Made by a program: the position numbers and the translations under genes. The notes beneath the pieces were generated by a model, which was given only the letters and a program-made list of their open reading frames with translations, made no database searches and was not told the DNA's origin. Positions 38,565 through 51,200 of a stretch of 64,000 nt of DNA are shown here, piece after piece. The stretch's first letter is position 1. Each line of letters begins with the position of its first letter. Source of the stretch: Antedon mediterranea (Eukaryota; Animalia; Echinodermata); the NCBI RefSeq assembly GCF_964355755.1, contig NC_092679.1, positions 1,022,201 to 1,086,200 on the forward strand, read 5' to 3'.

Positions 38565-38715
38565 TACCACAAGGCCTACAACAGGGTCTTCCATAAGGCC
38601 TAAAACAGGGTCTACCATAAGGCCTAAAACAGGGTCTACCATAAGGCCTACAACAGGGTCTACCATAATGCCTACAACAGGGTCTAGCACAACAACTACA
38701 GCAGGGTCTACCAAC
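38565..38715. repeat. 24-bp minisatellite (AGGCCTACAACAGGGTCTACCATA)
   Basis: About 6 copies. Confidence 0.9.
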
Positions 38716-40634
38716 ACCTTTTTTTCCATTAAATATCAATTTGTTTTTCAATACAATATCATTTTTTTATCATACCGACGTCGTACTTATACAATTAAAA
38801 TTACAATGCAATGTTAATAAGTTATTAATTTCCCACACATTTATACAAAAATATAATTATTTAATTTACATATTGTCATTTTACATTTGTGTCATATAGT
38901 GATATATTATTTTAAATATATTTAAACGAAAATAAATCATACATATATTAAATCTTATATTCAGCCTATCTATGCAATTATATCAACACCCAATTAAAAA
39001 AGAACATTTCAGATGAAACAAGGAATTTGAGAAGCAAAAAACCCTGTAAAACAATGTTTCTATTATTTCTGCTGCTGCTAAGTTGGTGCTTTAAACATTT
39101 TATGGATTTATTGAAGACAAAATGCTACAGGATCTGTGCTAGTGGTAAATATTAATTAAAATAAAATTAAAAAATAATTAATTAATTCTGTATTGTTCTT
39201 ATTCATTTGTAATTGTTTAGTTTTAATGTCATTTTTTCATATTTGTATTAATAACCTTGTTTGTAGTTTTTAATGTAAAAAATTAAATAATAACACAGTA
39301 CTTTAAAACACACATAAAATATATTGTACATAAATGTATTTACAGAAAAAACTTACTTACCATTGAAAAATCCTAAATTTCATTTCTAACTTGTGAACTA
39401 TTTGATCTTTATATTGAAACTTTTGACATATTTTCAAATGTTAGGAGATCGTTATAGATATTTTGTATTTTAATATTTGAGACTATAAAATGCTTCTCAA
39501 TTCCTTTTAATGAAAGACATACATTGAAGGCAATAAAAGCGGTGAACAAAAATAAATAAATTAAAATAAATAAATTAAAAAGAATAATAAATAAACAATA
39601 ATGTAATAATATTAATAATGCACAAGATATTATTAATGAAATATCAGCGTATTTTAATAAATTACCGTAAAAATTAAAATTCTATTTTTAGATACATTTG
39701 GGGTGGTGCTCAATTGTTGCATTCCATAGTTGAAATAATTATTATGTTGCTTTCCCGAGTTTCAATTGGTATTTTCCCAATTGATTTTACATTCTGAGTT
39801 TTTACCTCTTTTAACGTATTTATGATTTGATGGTTAGCAAAACAACTGTGTATACATTCAGCACTTTAATATCCCCTTATATCAATTCTTATAATTACTA
39901 TTTACTACTTTTATTAGTATTATCATATCACATCATTATCATTATTATCATCACCATTATTACTATTATTATTATAATTATTATCATTATCATTATTATA
40001 AAATTAAATATGACAATATGCAGCAAAATAAATCTTCAAAAATATAGCAAATAATAATCATAAAATATAAAAAAACAACATAATTAATATTAAGAATTAG
40101 TAATATTAAAACCATATGGAGTCAATAACTATAATTATTATTATCAAAAATGCATAATGTAATTATTATAAATGACATTCCTTAAGATCAAAACAATCTT
40201 TATATTTTCTAATTTTGATTTTGAGATTCTTCTAATTTTAAAATTATTTAAAATACATACAAAATTTGTTACAGTATTTAAAATTTCAGATTAATTCTTA
40301 TCAAATATTAATACGAAAAAGATTCCAATTAAAAATTGTCTAAACTGATGATAAGCAAACATTTTAAAATAAATGATTCAATTTAAAAATTATTGTTATA
40401 AAATATTTATTTGTATTTAAAATAAAGAAATTTGAAACGGTAAAACCTGATCTTTGGTGAGATTAATTTGAAGACTTGAGGTCGTCTTGCATGCAATATT
40501 TACTCATGCAAATTCTCTGCAAAAAAAAAAATATAATAAGGTTAAAAAAAGTTATTGTTTAATATCAGTTCTTGTTCAATGTATTAAACTTGATAGTAAC
40601 ATGGTTTATTAATGTACTCACACAAGTATCAGGA

Positions 40635-40928
40635 GTGGTGTTTGGTACCAGGGGTGGGGTTTGTTTGGTACCAGGGGTGGGGTTTGGTACCAGGGGTGGG
40701 GGTTAGCAACAGGGGTGGGGGTTAGCAACAGGGGCGGGGTTTGGCAACAGGGGTGGGTTTTGGAACCAGGGGTGGGGTTTGGTAACAGGGGTGGGGTTTG
40801 GTACCAGGGGTGGGGTTTGGTAACAGGGGTGGGGTTTGGCAACAGGGGTGGGGTTTGGTAACAGGGGTGGGGTTTGGAACCAGGGGTGGGGAAGAAGTGG
40901 GGTTTGGCACCCAGGGGGGGGGGGGGTG
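40635..40928. repeat. G-rich 19-bp minisatellite (GGTACCAGGGGTGGGGTTT-like)
   Basis: About 14 diverged copies ending in a poly-G run. Confidence 0.93.
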
Positions 40929-42020
40929 ATCTGCATGGAAAAGACCTTATAACAAACCATCTTCCCATTATTGCATAGGTTCCAGTGCTGTAAATGGTAT
41001 ACAGATATTGCATTGGAAGTTTTGTTTTGCGATGACCTACGACCTACGTATTGATGTGTCATTGGTTGTCACCTGGACCTAGAAACCACCCAAACTACAA
41101 AACTGTGCCAAGGAATCGAGTGAGGGGTATGTCATCACATGAATTCAATTAAATGCCAACAGACCTTATGTTAAAACAAAATGCATCATAACAATTGCAG
41201 TAACAGGTTAACAATATAGTGTGTCAAGGTGTTACAACATGCAAACATAAAAACGCTATCACTTATTATTAATAGTTTGATGATGCTAGGCTTTGTATAG
41301 CAGGTTTATTACAGTATGTCCTAAAAAAAAGGGGGAGATTTTCATTTAAAAAATTGTCCATATATGGACATGATGATATCACTACCATATTTGGGCATAT
41401 CAATAGTGTATTTAGGCACATCACACTTTTTTGTCAAACTAGTTTGATAGTGTATACACAGCTTAAGAGGCCTTCAAGTAGGCCTAAGTCTAAGCAATCT
41501 AGCTCCAAAAATGAAACAAAAAACAAACAAAGGTTTTTTAATGAACGCATATGAGATGAACTTCAACAAAACAAAGTTTGGTGACACATTGGTATGCAAA
41601 TTTATTCAAATATGCATATTAAGTTTAAAATATCAGGAACCCATAGCTCGCAAATCGCTGGTTGTATTGAGGTGATTTTTTTCTAGAATATTTTATGGGA
41701 TGTCCCTCGCAAGGCTATAAGGTATTTTATTAGGTTTGGTTACATTTAAATAAAATTACTCAAGCAGAAAAATATCAATTATTTTTGGTTAAAAGATGGT
41801 ATGCAAATTGAATATATGATAACCAAACAATGAAAAACTAAAAAACAAAAAGAAAACTATTTTACAGTACATTTTAGAATTTCTAAAAATTTAAATAAAT
41901 AAAAATGTGAAAATAATGAGGTGCTGCTTTTTTGATGTTCCAAAAATAAATAAAAGTGAAATATATCATGGAATGTGCAGTATACAAAAATCTCCATTTC
42001 TTGTTGAGTACAGTATACCT

Positions 42021-42278
42021 TTACAACTTGGTGTCATCATAAAACGAAGAATCAAAGATCGAACTATCAGACGAATGAGCTGGTGAAAGATCGGAGGAAT
42101 GAGCCGACGAGGGAGACTTGATATAGAGACCGGAGCCATTGGACTGGTGATTACCTTGGCTAGGAAGTGAATGCCCATTACCATTTGTGTGCAAATCCAT
42201 GCACCTACTGCTGTATTTGCGTTCATCTTCAAGAACATCGCAGTTATCTCGATATTGCTTCTCCAAATCAGCGAGCAC
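42021..42278 (-). CDS. PLCB1: PLCB1-like terminal coding exon
   Basis: tag|[13 protein letters not shown]...SSFYDDTKL*. Confidence 0.87.
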   Translation of the reverse strand: MLADLEKQYRDNCDVLEDERKYSSRCMDLHTNGNGHSLPSQGNHQSNGSGLYIKSPSSAHSSDLSPAHSSDSSIFDSSFYDDTKL

Positions 42279-45200
42279 CTACAAAATAGAAATTTTTGTG
42301 AGTTACTACAGGTATGTACAGACGGATCCTATTGGTTAAAATGTAATGTAAACATCTGAAACCATTGTGCAAATATGGTAGTGATGTGCCCAAATATGAC
42401 AGTCATCGTGTCCATCATATATGGTCACATCACATTTTTTTGTCACATAAAGTTTAAGAGTGTAGACAGAGCTTTAGTTAAATATTTTATTATTTAGAAA
42501 ATTAAAATAACTGAAACCTGATTAGCATTTTCTTCAACACTAGTTGTGATTTGTTGCATCGTCTTCCTCATCTCCTCTGCTTTTGTTGCATGCTCTTCAT
42601 CAAGCTGACAAAGAGAAGGAAATGATAACATTTATGATCTTCCGTTAGAATGAAATATTTTACATTTACTTCTTAACTTTACTATTTTGTAACTTATATG
42701 TATTACTGTCCACTTCCTAAGCCTCAAATGCGACTTAAGCACGATTAATTATAAAATTGTTTATCCATCCTGTAATTGGCGAGTTTGTGCTCGCTGTTGG
42801 ATGTGTATGATATAAATAAACTACACAAATACTAATAAAATAATAACTGCTCGTTTTTACAAGAATGTATTGCTTACATTTCTAACTTTTTGTACAGCGT
42901 CTTTTACTTTTTTCTGCTTCAATTCATTCATGGAACGAAGTTCGGATGATGCGCTATCATGACCTTTAGATGAGGTCACATATTCCTTAATTTCTCGATT
43001 CCTTTGGGCTTCCATATTTTTTTTCAGTTGCGTTCGTGACCTGTAATGAAAACAATTATATAGCAATATATTTAAAATGTTTGAAGCTTATTTTCCTTTT
43101 TGTGTTCATGCTGATAATAAGATCAATTGAGAATGCGACAAGTTTGTTCATAAAGTTTGTCTAAAAAGAAACTTAAGCTCTGTCTAGACTATACAAAATT
43201 ATGTGACAAAAAAAGTGTGACGTGCCCATATATGGACATGATGATATCATATTAATACCATATTTGTGTACATCACACTTTTTAACTAGTTTGATAGTGT
43301 AGACAGAGCCTTACTTAGCTTGCACACTAGCTAGCTTTCTAAGCTGCTGAGCATGTGACCGTTGCAGCAACTCAAGTTCCATCTCTATTTGAATACCCAG
43401 GTGTTCCTTCTTTTGGTTCAATACACTCTTGTAGTAATGCTGACCAATCTTGACCATCGCATTCTCATGTCGTCCTTTCAAAGAGTCCATCTGGACAAAT
43501 GCAAAGAAAACAATGATATAAATGCATTGAATAGTATAACAATTTCACAGCCAATATCTACACAAATGAACAATGATATCAATGCATTGAATAGTAAAAC
43601 TATTACACAGCCAATACCTACATACCTGATTACGTTGTGATGTCTTCAACTCCTCCATTTCTCGATCTGTTTTCTGCAACACATCTCTAAAGAAGTAGAT
43701 TTATAATGTCGAATTATTTTACTGCAGTTATTGCAGTAACTACATTTTTTGTACAAATATGTGGACAATCATTGAAATAAACAGTGTGTATCATTAACCA
43801 ACTTTATAAATGATTGCATAAACATATTAAAGAGTGAAAAAAAAACGAGTTACGGCAGTAACCGCATTAGAATAATTTTTGTTTGACATGCGGTTTAGTT
43901 TATAATACCATCAAACACCTTTGTACAAGGTGGGAATTGTTGGGCTTAAAGACTACAAAACAACCCTTATAATGAATTTATTTATTTTTATTTGACTGTT
44001 ATAAAATACTCAAAAACAACCAAAGGTTGAAATGAAGAGTTTATAATAATTTAAAATGAATGAATAAATTAAAACAGTCGAATAAGTTCTTATGTCAATT
44101 TTCTTGACAAAAGTCATATTATGATTCTTTGCACATTTTATGGCTGATAATTTATACTGGGTAAATTGTCAGAAAAACAAGTTCTTACGATGTTTTGCGT
44201 TTTCTTTCTTTCTGATGTTGCTTCTCAAGAACTTTCAATGCTTTTTGTTGTATTGACTCCAATTTTACAATCTCTAGTTCTTGTTCTTTCTTAAGTTTTC
44301 CAACTTTCTTTTCATGTTTCCTTGTAATCTTCTCCAATTGCTGTTCCAGCTTCTGCATGTCTTTCATGTATCTCTTAATTAAAAAATAAATTATATATTT
44401 TTATATAAGATAAGATAATTAGAGGAAATAAAATTTCGTTTCCTATTATTTATTTATTTTATTTATTTGTTCTTTATACTGGGTGACTTCTTACTTTTTG
44501 TTTACGTATTTCCTCAATTGTAGTTGGTATAATATCATCAGCTGGAATTAAATATGAAATGATTTTTAAAAATAAAGAACATTTAAAAGAATTATAAAAA
44601 ATAACAATTATTATTAAAAAAGTAATGCTGATCATTCAGAGATTCACTAAGAATTTAAATTGTAAAAGAAAAAATAAAATTTATTGTTTTAATATTATAA
44701 AAAAATAGATTACTAAGATTAAATTATTTAAAAGAGCAAATTTCTTTAAAATTAAATAAAAATTGTAAAAGATAAAAAGGTTTCATCGTCCTTCATTCCC
44801 ACTAGGAATTCAACACAATGATGTAAGCTGCAACACAAGCGAGTTAACCAATCACAAGTGATGGATTATTCCAACTTTTGCCTGGTCTATTTGCTTGTGC
44901 TGCGACTTCCGTCCTAAATCATAATCATAAATAGTGAACATGAAATTGGGAATCAAGTTATAAAAAAAAGAATTGTCAGAATTCTGATCTTGGTTTATTT
45001 TGCAAGAGTGTGAATTATTAATAAAAGTATGAACATTATTTGAATATAATTCTCTTTTATAAAAAGGAAAGAGAAGGAAGAAAGAAAATAAAATGTGTTT
45101 GTTTGAGTGAATGTGGATAACAAGTGAAATAAGGAAAGTATTAAAAAAAACCAGAAGAATTTGTGTTGAAAAAGAAAACTATTAAAGGAAAAACCTGTTG

Positions 45201-48200
45201 AAACTATTTGAAAAAGACATCACAGACTGAAGAAAGAAAATAGCTAAGTCTTACCACGTCATGTTCCATTCAGAAGTAGAAATAAATACAATTTAGTTGT
45301 AAAATCTAATGCTCAATTAAATTAACTCATTCATCAAAAAATCATGATTATTAAACAGGCTATTGGAACAATTCAATATTTTTAACTTAAGGACATACAG
45401 AGACAAGTTTTTTTAAATGTTATCCATGATAAGCACCAAATGTTAGCAAAGATTGTTAGTTCATGCTTAATGTTAATTAAGCATAGTGAGGTAATGGTTC
45501 AAGTTAATAGTAAAATATTATATTTCAGAAGATTATTAGTAAAATGTAAAGTTAATTTATTGTATTAACAAGATTTTATCAAAAAATGTAATCAAAACTT
45601 TAAAACTTGTTATATTAACAAACATTTAACAAGAAACATTTGAGTAACCAGATGGCTACGAGCATTAGAAAACTTAGATACCTATCTGCCCCAAATTAGG
45701 GGTACTTGCACTCTTCTGCCTCAGACTATTTGGTTCCATAGCTTGCAAAGCAAACTGTGTCGCGCCAAGCGAACTTGATTTGGAAAGTTTAGCACGTTTG
45801 TAGCCTGAGAAGAGAACTATTTGTTAGAAGCGCAAGCTCATTAGCTGCTCACCCATTAATATTTGTGTGTTTAATGTACAGTACTTAGACCACCTTCGTA
45901 GGCATAATAACTTTTTGGAAAATTACAAACATTTTGTATAGAAAACAAAAAACAAATCCAAGAAAACAAAAACTATAGAGCCTCTGATAATTTAGTTTTT
46001 GAATATTCTGTATATAAAACATTTTGTCTATTGCCAAGCTTCAGAAAATGGTCTATAGTTTGTCAACACCATCTAACATTATTGTGCATTAAATACATAG
46101 CATGCAGGAACACCAAGCTACAAAGACTACAGACAAGCCAAAGCTACTAATATGATTTTGCTTAGCTAAATTCAGACGACAAAACAAAGTTATTTAAAAT
46201 GTGTGATCTGCCTCAGATACCAGGAGATTCTCTGTACTGGTCATATTTCATGTCACTGTTATGTTTGATACAGGTGTTAAGTGTGTATGTACTTTATATA
46301 TATTTTAAATGATTAGCATATAATTTTATTTGTATGTAATTATCAATGCTATACTGCATGCATCAACATATAATATCTATAGTCTATTCTATTGCCAATT
46401 ATAATACAGTAGAACACTTATTAAGGGGACACCTTAAACCAACAAAGAATCCATTTAATAGGGGTGTCTCTTAAATAGGGGTGTCCCTTTAATAGGGGTG
46501 TTCCTTGAAAAGAGGTGTCTCTTAAATAGGGGTGTCCCTTTAATAGGGGTGTTCCTTGAAAAGAGGTGTCTCTTAAATAGGGGTGTCCCTTTAATAGGGG
46601 TGTTCCTTGAAAAGAGGTGTCTCTTAAATAGGGGTGTCCCTTTAATAGGGGTGTTCCTTGAAAAGAGGTGTCTCTTAAATAGGGGTGTTCCTTTAATAGG
46701 GGTGTCCCTTTAATAGAGGTGTCACTTTAATAGAGGTGTCCCTTTAATAGGGGTGTTCCTTGAAAAGAGGTGTCCATTTAATAGAGGTGTCTCTTAAATA
46801 GGGATGTTCCTTTAATAGGGGTGTTCCTTGAAAAGAGGTGCCTCTTAAATAGGGGTGTCCTTTTAATAGGGGTGTTCCTTGAAAAGAGGTATCTTTTAAA
46901 TAGGGGTGCCCTTTTAATAGGGGTGTTCCTTGAAAAGAGGTGACTCTTAAATAGGGGTGTCCCTTTAATAGGGGTGTTCCTTGAAAAGAGGTGTCTCTTA
47001 AATAGGGGTGTCCCTTTAATAGGGGTGTCCATTTAATAGAGGTGTCTCTTAAATAGGGATGTTCCTTTAATAGGGGTGTTCCTTGAAAAGAGGTGACTCT
47101 TAAATAGGGGTGTCCCTTTAATAGGGGTGTTCCTTGAAAAGAGGTGACTCTTAAATAGGGGTGTCCCTTTAATAGGGGTGTTCCTTGAAAAGAGGTGTCT
47201 CTTAAATAGGGGTGTCACTTTAATAGGTGTCCCTTTAATAGGGGTGTTCCTTGAAAAGAGGTGTCCATTTAATAGAGGTGTCTCTTAAATAGGGATGTTC
47301 CTTTAATAGGGGTGTTCCTTGAAAAGAGGTGCCTCTTAAATAGGGGTGTCCTTTTAATAGGGGTGTTCCTTGAAAAGAGGTGTCTTTTAAATAGGGGTGC
47401 CCTTTTAATAGGGGTGTTCCTTGAAAAGAGGTGACTCTTAAATAGGGGTGTCCCTTTAATAGGGGTGTTCCTTGAAAAGAGGTGTCTCTTAAATAGGGGT
47501 GTCCCTTTAATAGGGGTGTCCATTTAATAGAGGTGTCTCTTAAATAGGGATGTTCCTTTAATAGGGATGTTCCTTTAATAGGGGTGTTCCTTGAAAAGAG
47601 GTGACTCTTAAATAGGGGTGTCCCTTTAATAGGGGTGTTCCTTGAAAAGAGGTGACTCTTAAATAGGGGTGTCCCTTTAATAGGGGTGTTCCTTGAAAAG
47701 AGGTGTCTCTTAAATACGGGTGTCCCTTTAATAGGGGCATCCCTTTAATAGGGGTGTCCCTTTAATAGGGGTGTCCCTTTAATAGGGGCATCCCTTTAAT
47801 AGAGGTGTCCCTTTAATAGGGGTGTCCCTTTAATAGGGGTGTCCCTTTAATAGGGGTGTCCCTTTAATAGGGTGTCCCTTTAATAGGGGTGTCCCTTTAA
47901 TAGGGGTGTCCCTTTAATAGGGGTGTCACTTTAATAGGGGTGTCCCTTTAATAGGGGTGTCCCTTTAATAGAGGTGTCCCTTTAATAGGGGTGTCCCATT
48001 AATAGGGGTGTCCCATTAATAGGGGTGTCCCTTTAATAGGGTGTCCCTTTAATAGGGGTGTCACTTTAATAGGGGTGTCCCTTTAATAGGGGTGTCCCTT
48101 TAATAGGGGTGTCCCTTTAATAGGGGTGTCCCTTTAATAGGGGTGTCCCTTTAATAGGGGTGTCCCTTTAATAGGGGTGTCCCTTTAATAGGGTGTCCCT

Positions 48201-51200
48201 TTAATAGGGGTGTCCCTTTAATAGAGGTGTCCCTTTAATAGGGGTGTCCCTTTAATAGGGGTGTCCCTTTAATAGGGGTGTCCCTTTAATAGGGGTGTCC
48301 CTTTAATAGAGGTGTCACTTTAATAGAGGTGTCCCTTTAATAGGGGTGTCCCTTTAATAGAGGTGTCACTTTAATAGGGGTGTCCCTTTAATAGAGGTGT
48401 CACTTTAATAGGGGTGTCCCTTTAATAGAGGTGTCCCTTTAATAGAGGTGTCACTTTATTGAATAAGGATGTCCCAAATAAAAGGGTTCTACTGTATATT
48501 GAAAAATGTGTTTATATAAAGTATGTTTCTATTGATACATTTCAAACATTCCATTACATTAAATAACATGCATGTACAAAAAAACTATTCTACTATCTGT
48601 TATCTATCTGTTTCTATAGGAAGATTTTTTGGAAAATACTCAAAATAATGTGAAATGTGAGAATTTCCCACAAGAAGTAACAAATTTGTGTGTGGATTAA
48701 ACAAGCGGATGCCAAGTGGATTCAGCAGAGAAAGAAGTACAGAGAAAGAAGTACTGGGAAACAAATACTGTACGGAGGGAAGACCAAGTGAAAAAAGGAC
48801 ACAAAACAGAGGAAAAAAGGGGCCTATAAAAAGGGGAAACAAAGACAATGTAACCATCAGTTTAAGTGTAAAATGAAGAAAAGAAAGAGGAAATAAGAAT
48901 AAAAAGGATGAAGGAAAAGAGATGAGGATGGATAATATTATATTACTACACACTCAAATATCTACAGTGTTTACATTGTACAGCAACCTATTACAATGTG
49001 CATTAACATCAACAACAACTAAGATACATTGCAATATAAAAACATTATATAACACTACATGGGTCACATGGCGTGCAATTGTATGCACTATAAATCTAGT
49101 TTATTACCATACTCAATAATAATTGTATAATATTAACATGTTTACAGTGTTGTTATTAGTTAAATATATAATTCATTTATATTAGAAATATATAAATAAT
49201 AATTAACATGTAACAAAAAAAGCTTGGTTCCCACTTGGACACAATGCAAGAGTGCACCGAAAGCAACCAACCACGGTGTGATGGAGTATTCAAACTGTCG
49301 CGTTTCATCAACTCAGTTAATAGAATTGTCGACTGAGGCCGCAAATTGTTTTACTTCTTTCGTGGCTAAAAACGATCATTTTCGGCGATGTTTTAGACCC
49401 TATATTTCGAAAACTACAAGTCAGATTTTCGTAATTCTTTCTTTAGTGTAATATTAATACAACATACTAACAGATAATGTTTAATTTGGTTTTAATTTTG
49501 CATCGTTATCCCTATCAGACAACATGACTATGCAATCCTAGAACATATATTGATGTGTAGGCCTAGACATGTAAAGTACAGGTAATGACACTGATTTTGT
49601 CGGCAAATTGGCAATTAACCCCCCCCCCCCCTCCGACTTCAAAATCCTGGATACGCCACTGAAAAAAGGTGTCCTAATAAATAAACTTCCATTGTTCATC
49701 ACCTACCTGTAATATTACTAGAGGAATCATTGTCTTCTGTTGTCAAAGAAAACTGCCTGGGCTTAGACGTTGGGATGACAGGACTCTCATTGGATGAATC
49801 TGACCTCCTCTTGTATTCTGATTCATTCATTTGTGATTGGTTGTTCGACTTATTCAGGTCAATTTGTTCTTCACGGAGCTCAAGTGCAGATTTGGAAAGA
49901 GGGTGATTCTCCATCGGCATGAATTCAGATGGACTTAGCAATGGTTCATCTGAATCCATTAAGTTATTCTGAAAAAAGTTGATAAAAGTTATAATAATAA
50001 TAATTGTTTTTTAATTATGCCTTAAAGACCCAATTATACATTTATAAAGCAGATATTGTCACATTTCTGTTTTTTATATTCCATGAAACTCATTTTCAAA
50101 CAACCAGACTGTAGAAAGAAGAAACAAGAAAACATATTATGTTAAGTACAACTATATGATATTGAATTGATGTTGCTTTTCCTTATGATTTTTTATGTTT
50201 ATTTAGGGATCTTATGAGTAAAAGTATTTAAAAAAAAAAGTCTATATTATTTAACTTATTTATCGTTTAAATGTACGATTTAACATTAACTGTTATAAAA
50301 ACATTCTTTTTTGATTTATAAATGAAAAGTACAACTTACTGTTAGCATGTCATCTTCGAGCGCTTTCAGCTGTGCCTCACGCTTTGATATCCCATCCTGA
50401 TAAGCTATAGGATTCTCCAGAGCAACAATGAAATCATTCAGATTCTTAGGTACGAAATCCTTTACTTTGATGTACACAAACAGTGTTGCCATCAATAAGG
50501 GCTGGTTGGACTCATTCTTCAGTGGAATGTGATGATAACCTGAATGCAAAATACACATGCTGAAAGTTTTTGTTTTGTTTTATATATTTAGGCAAATTGC
50601 CAAGGATAACCATAAGAAAATCCATTCACTATCCTTCTTAAAGCTGACAATCCTGTTCACAAGACAAACATATACACAAGATGCTCTACATAACAAAGTC
50701 TTATTACAAGTCCTTGGGAGGGGAGTTGTAATCATAACCACCAAGTCACAACTCCAATCCATGTATTATACAATTTATATGGTTCATGAATTATTCATGA
50801 ATCAAAAGAGGATACAACCACAATAATAATTTTGAAAACTTATATACAAGCTGTTTCAATCAGTTGGTTAACCTTTAACCTTTTCGCAGTGCAGCTGTAT
50901 GTTTAATGGGACTTGTCCCTTCTTCTCCTTATATTTATGTTTTATTGTGTGGAGCTGTTTTGGTGTTTGACAATAGTTGTTGTTTTAAATAAGGTAAATA
51001 CAACAGAGAATTATTTATAGAATAAATAATAACGAGAACATTCCCTATGGTGGAGGTTGTAGGTCATAACAAAATAGGGACTGCCTTTTTTTTTTCTATT
51101 TTGTTACTTTTTATTGAGTGTATAGCTTCATTTCTCTGTCTTACCTGGTCTTATATTCTTGACAGGTAATATTCTATGTCCAACAAATTTTCCATTTTCT

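Noticed and set aside
38538-38751. Cys/Arg-rich ORF (RPCCRPYG repeats) resembling a metallothionein or keratin-associated protein
   Set aside because: Arises from a 24-bp tandem repeat; no start context or independent support.
40622-40929. Pro-rich apparent exon bounded by cag and gtgagt downstream of the PLCB1-like stop
   Set aside because: It is the G-rich minisatellite, lies past a well-supported DTKL stop and has no PLC similarity.
46498-47740. Several 60-84 aa repeat ORFs
   Set aside because: Readings of the 51-bp satellite unit.
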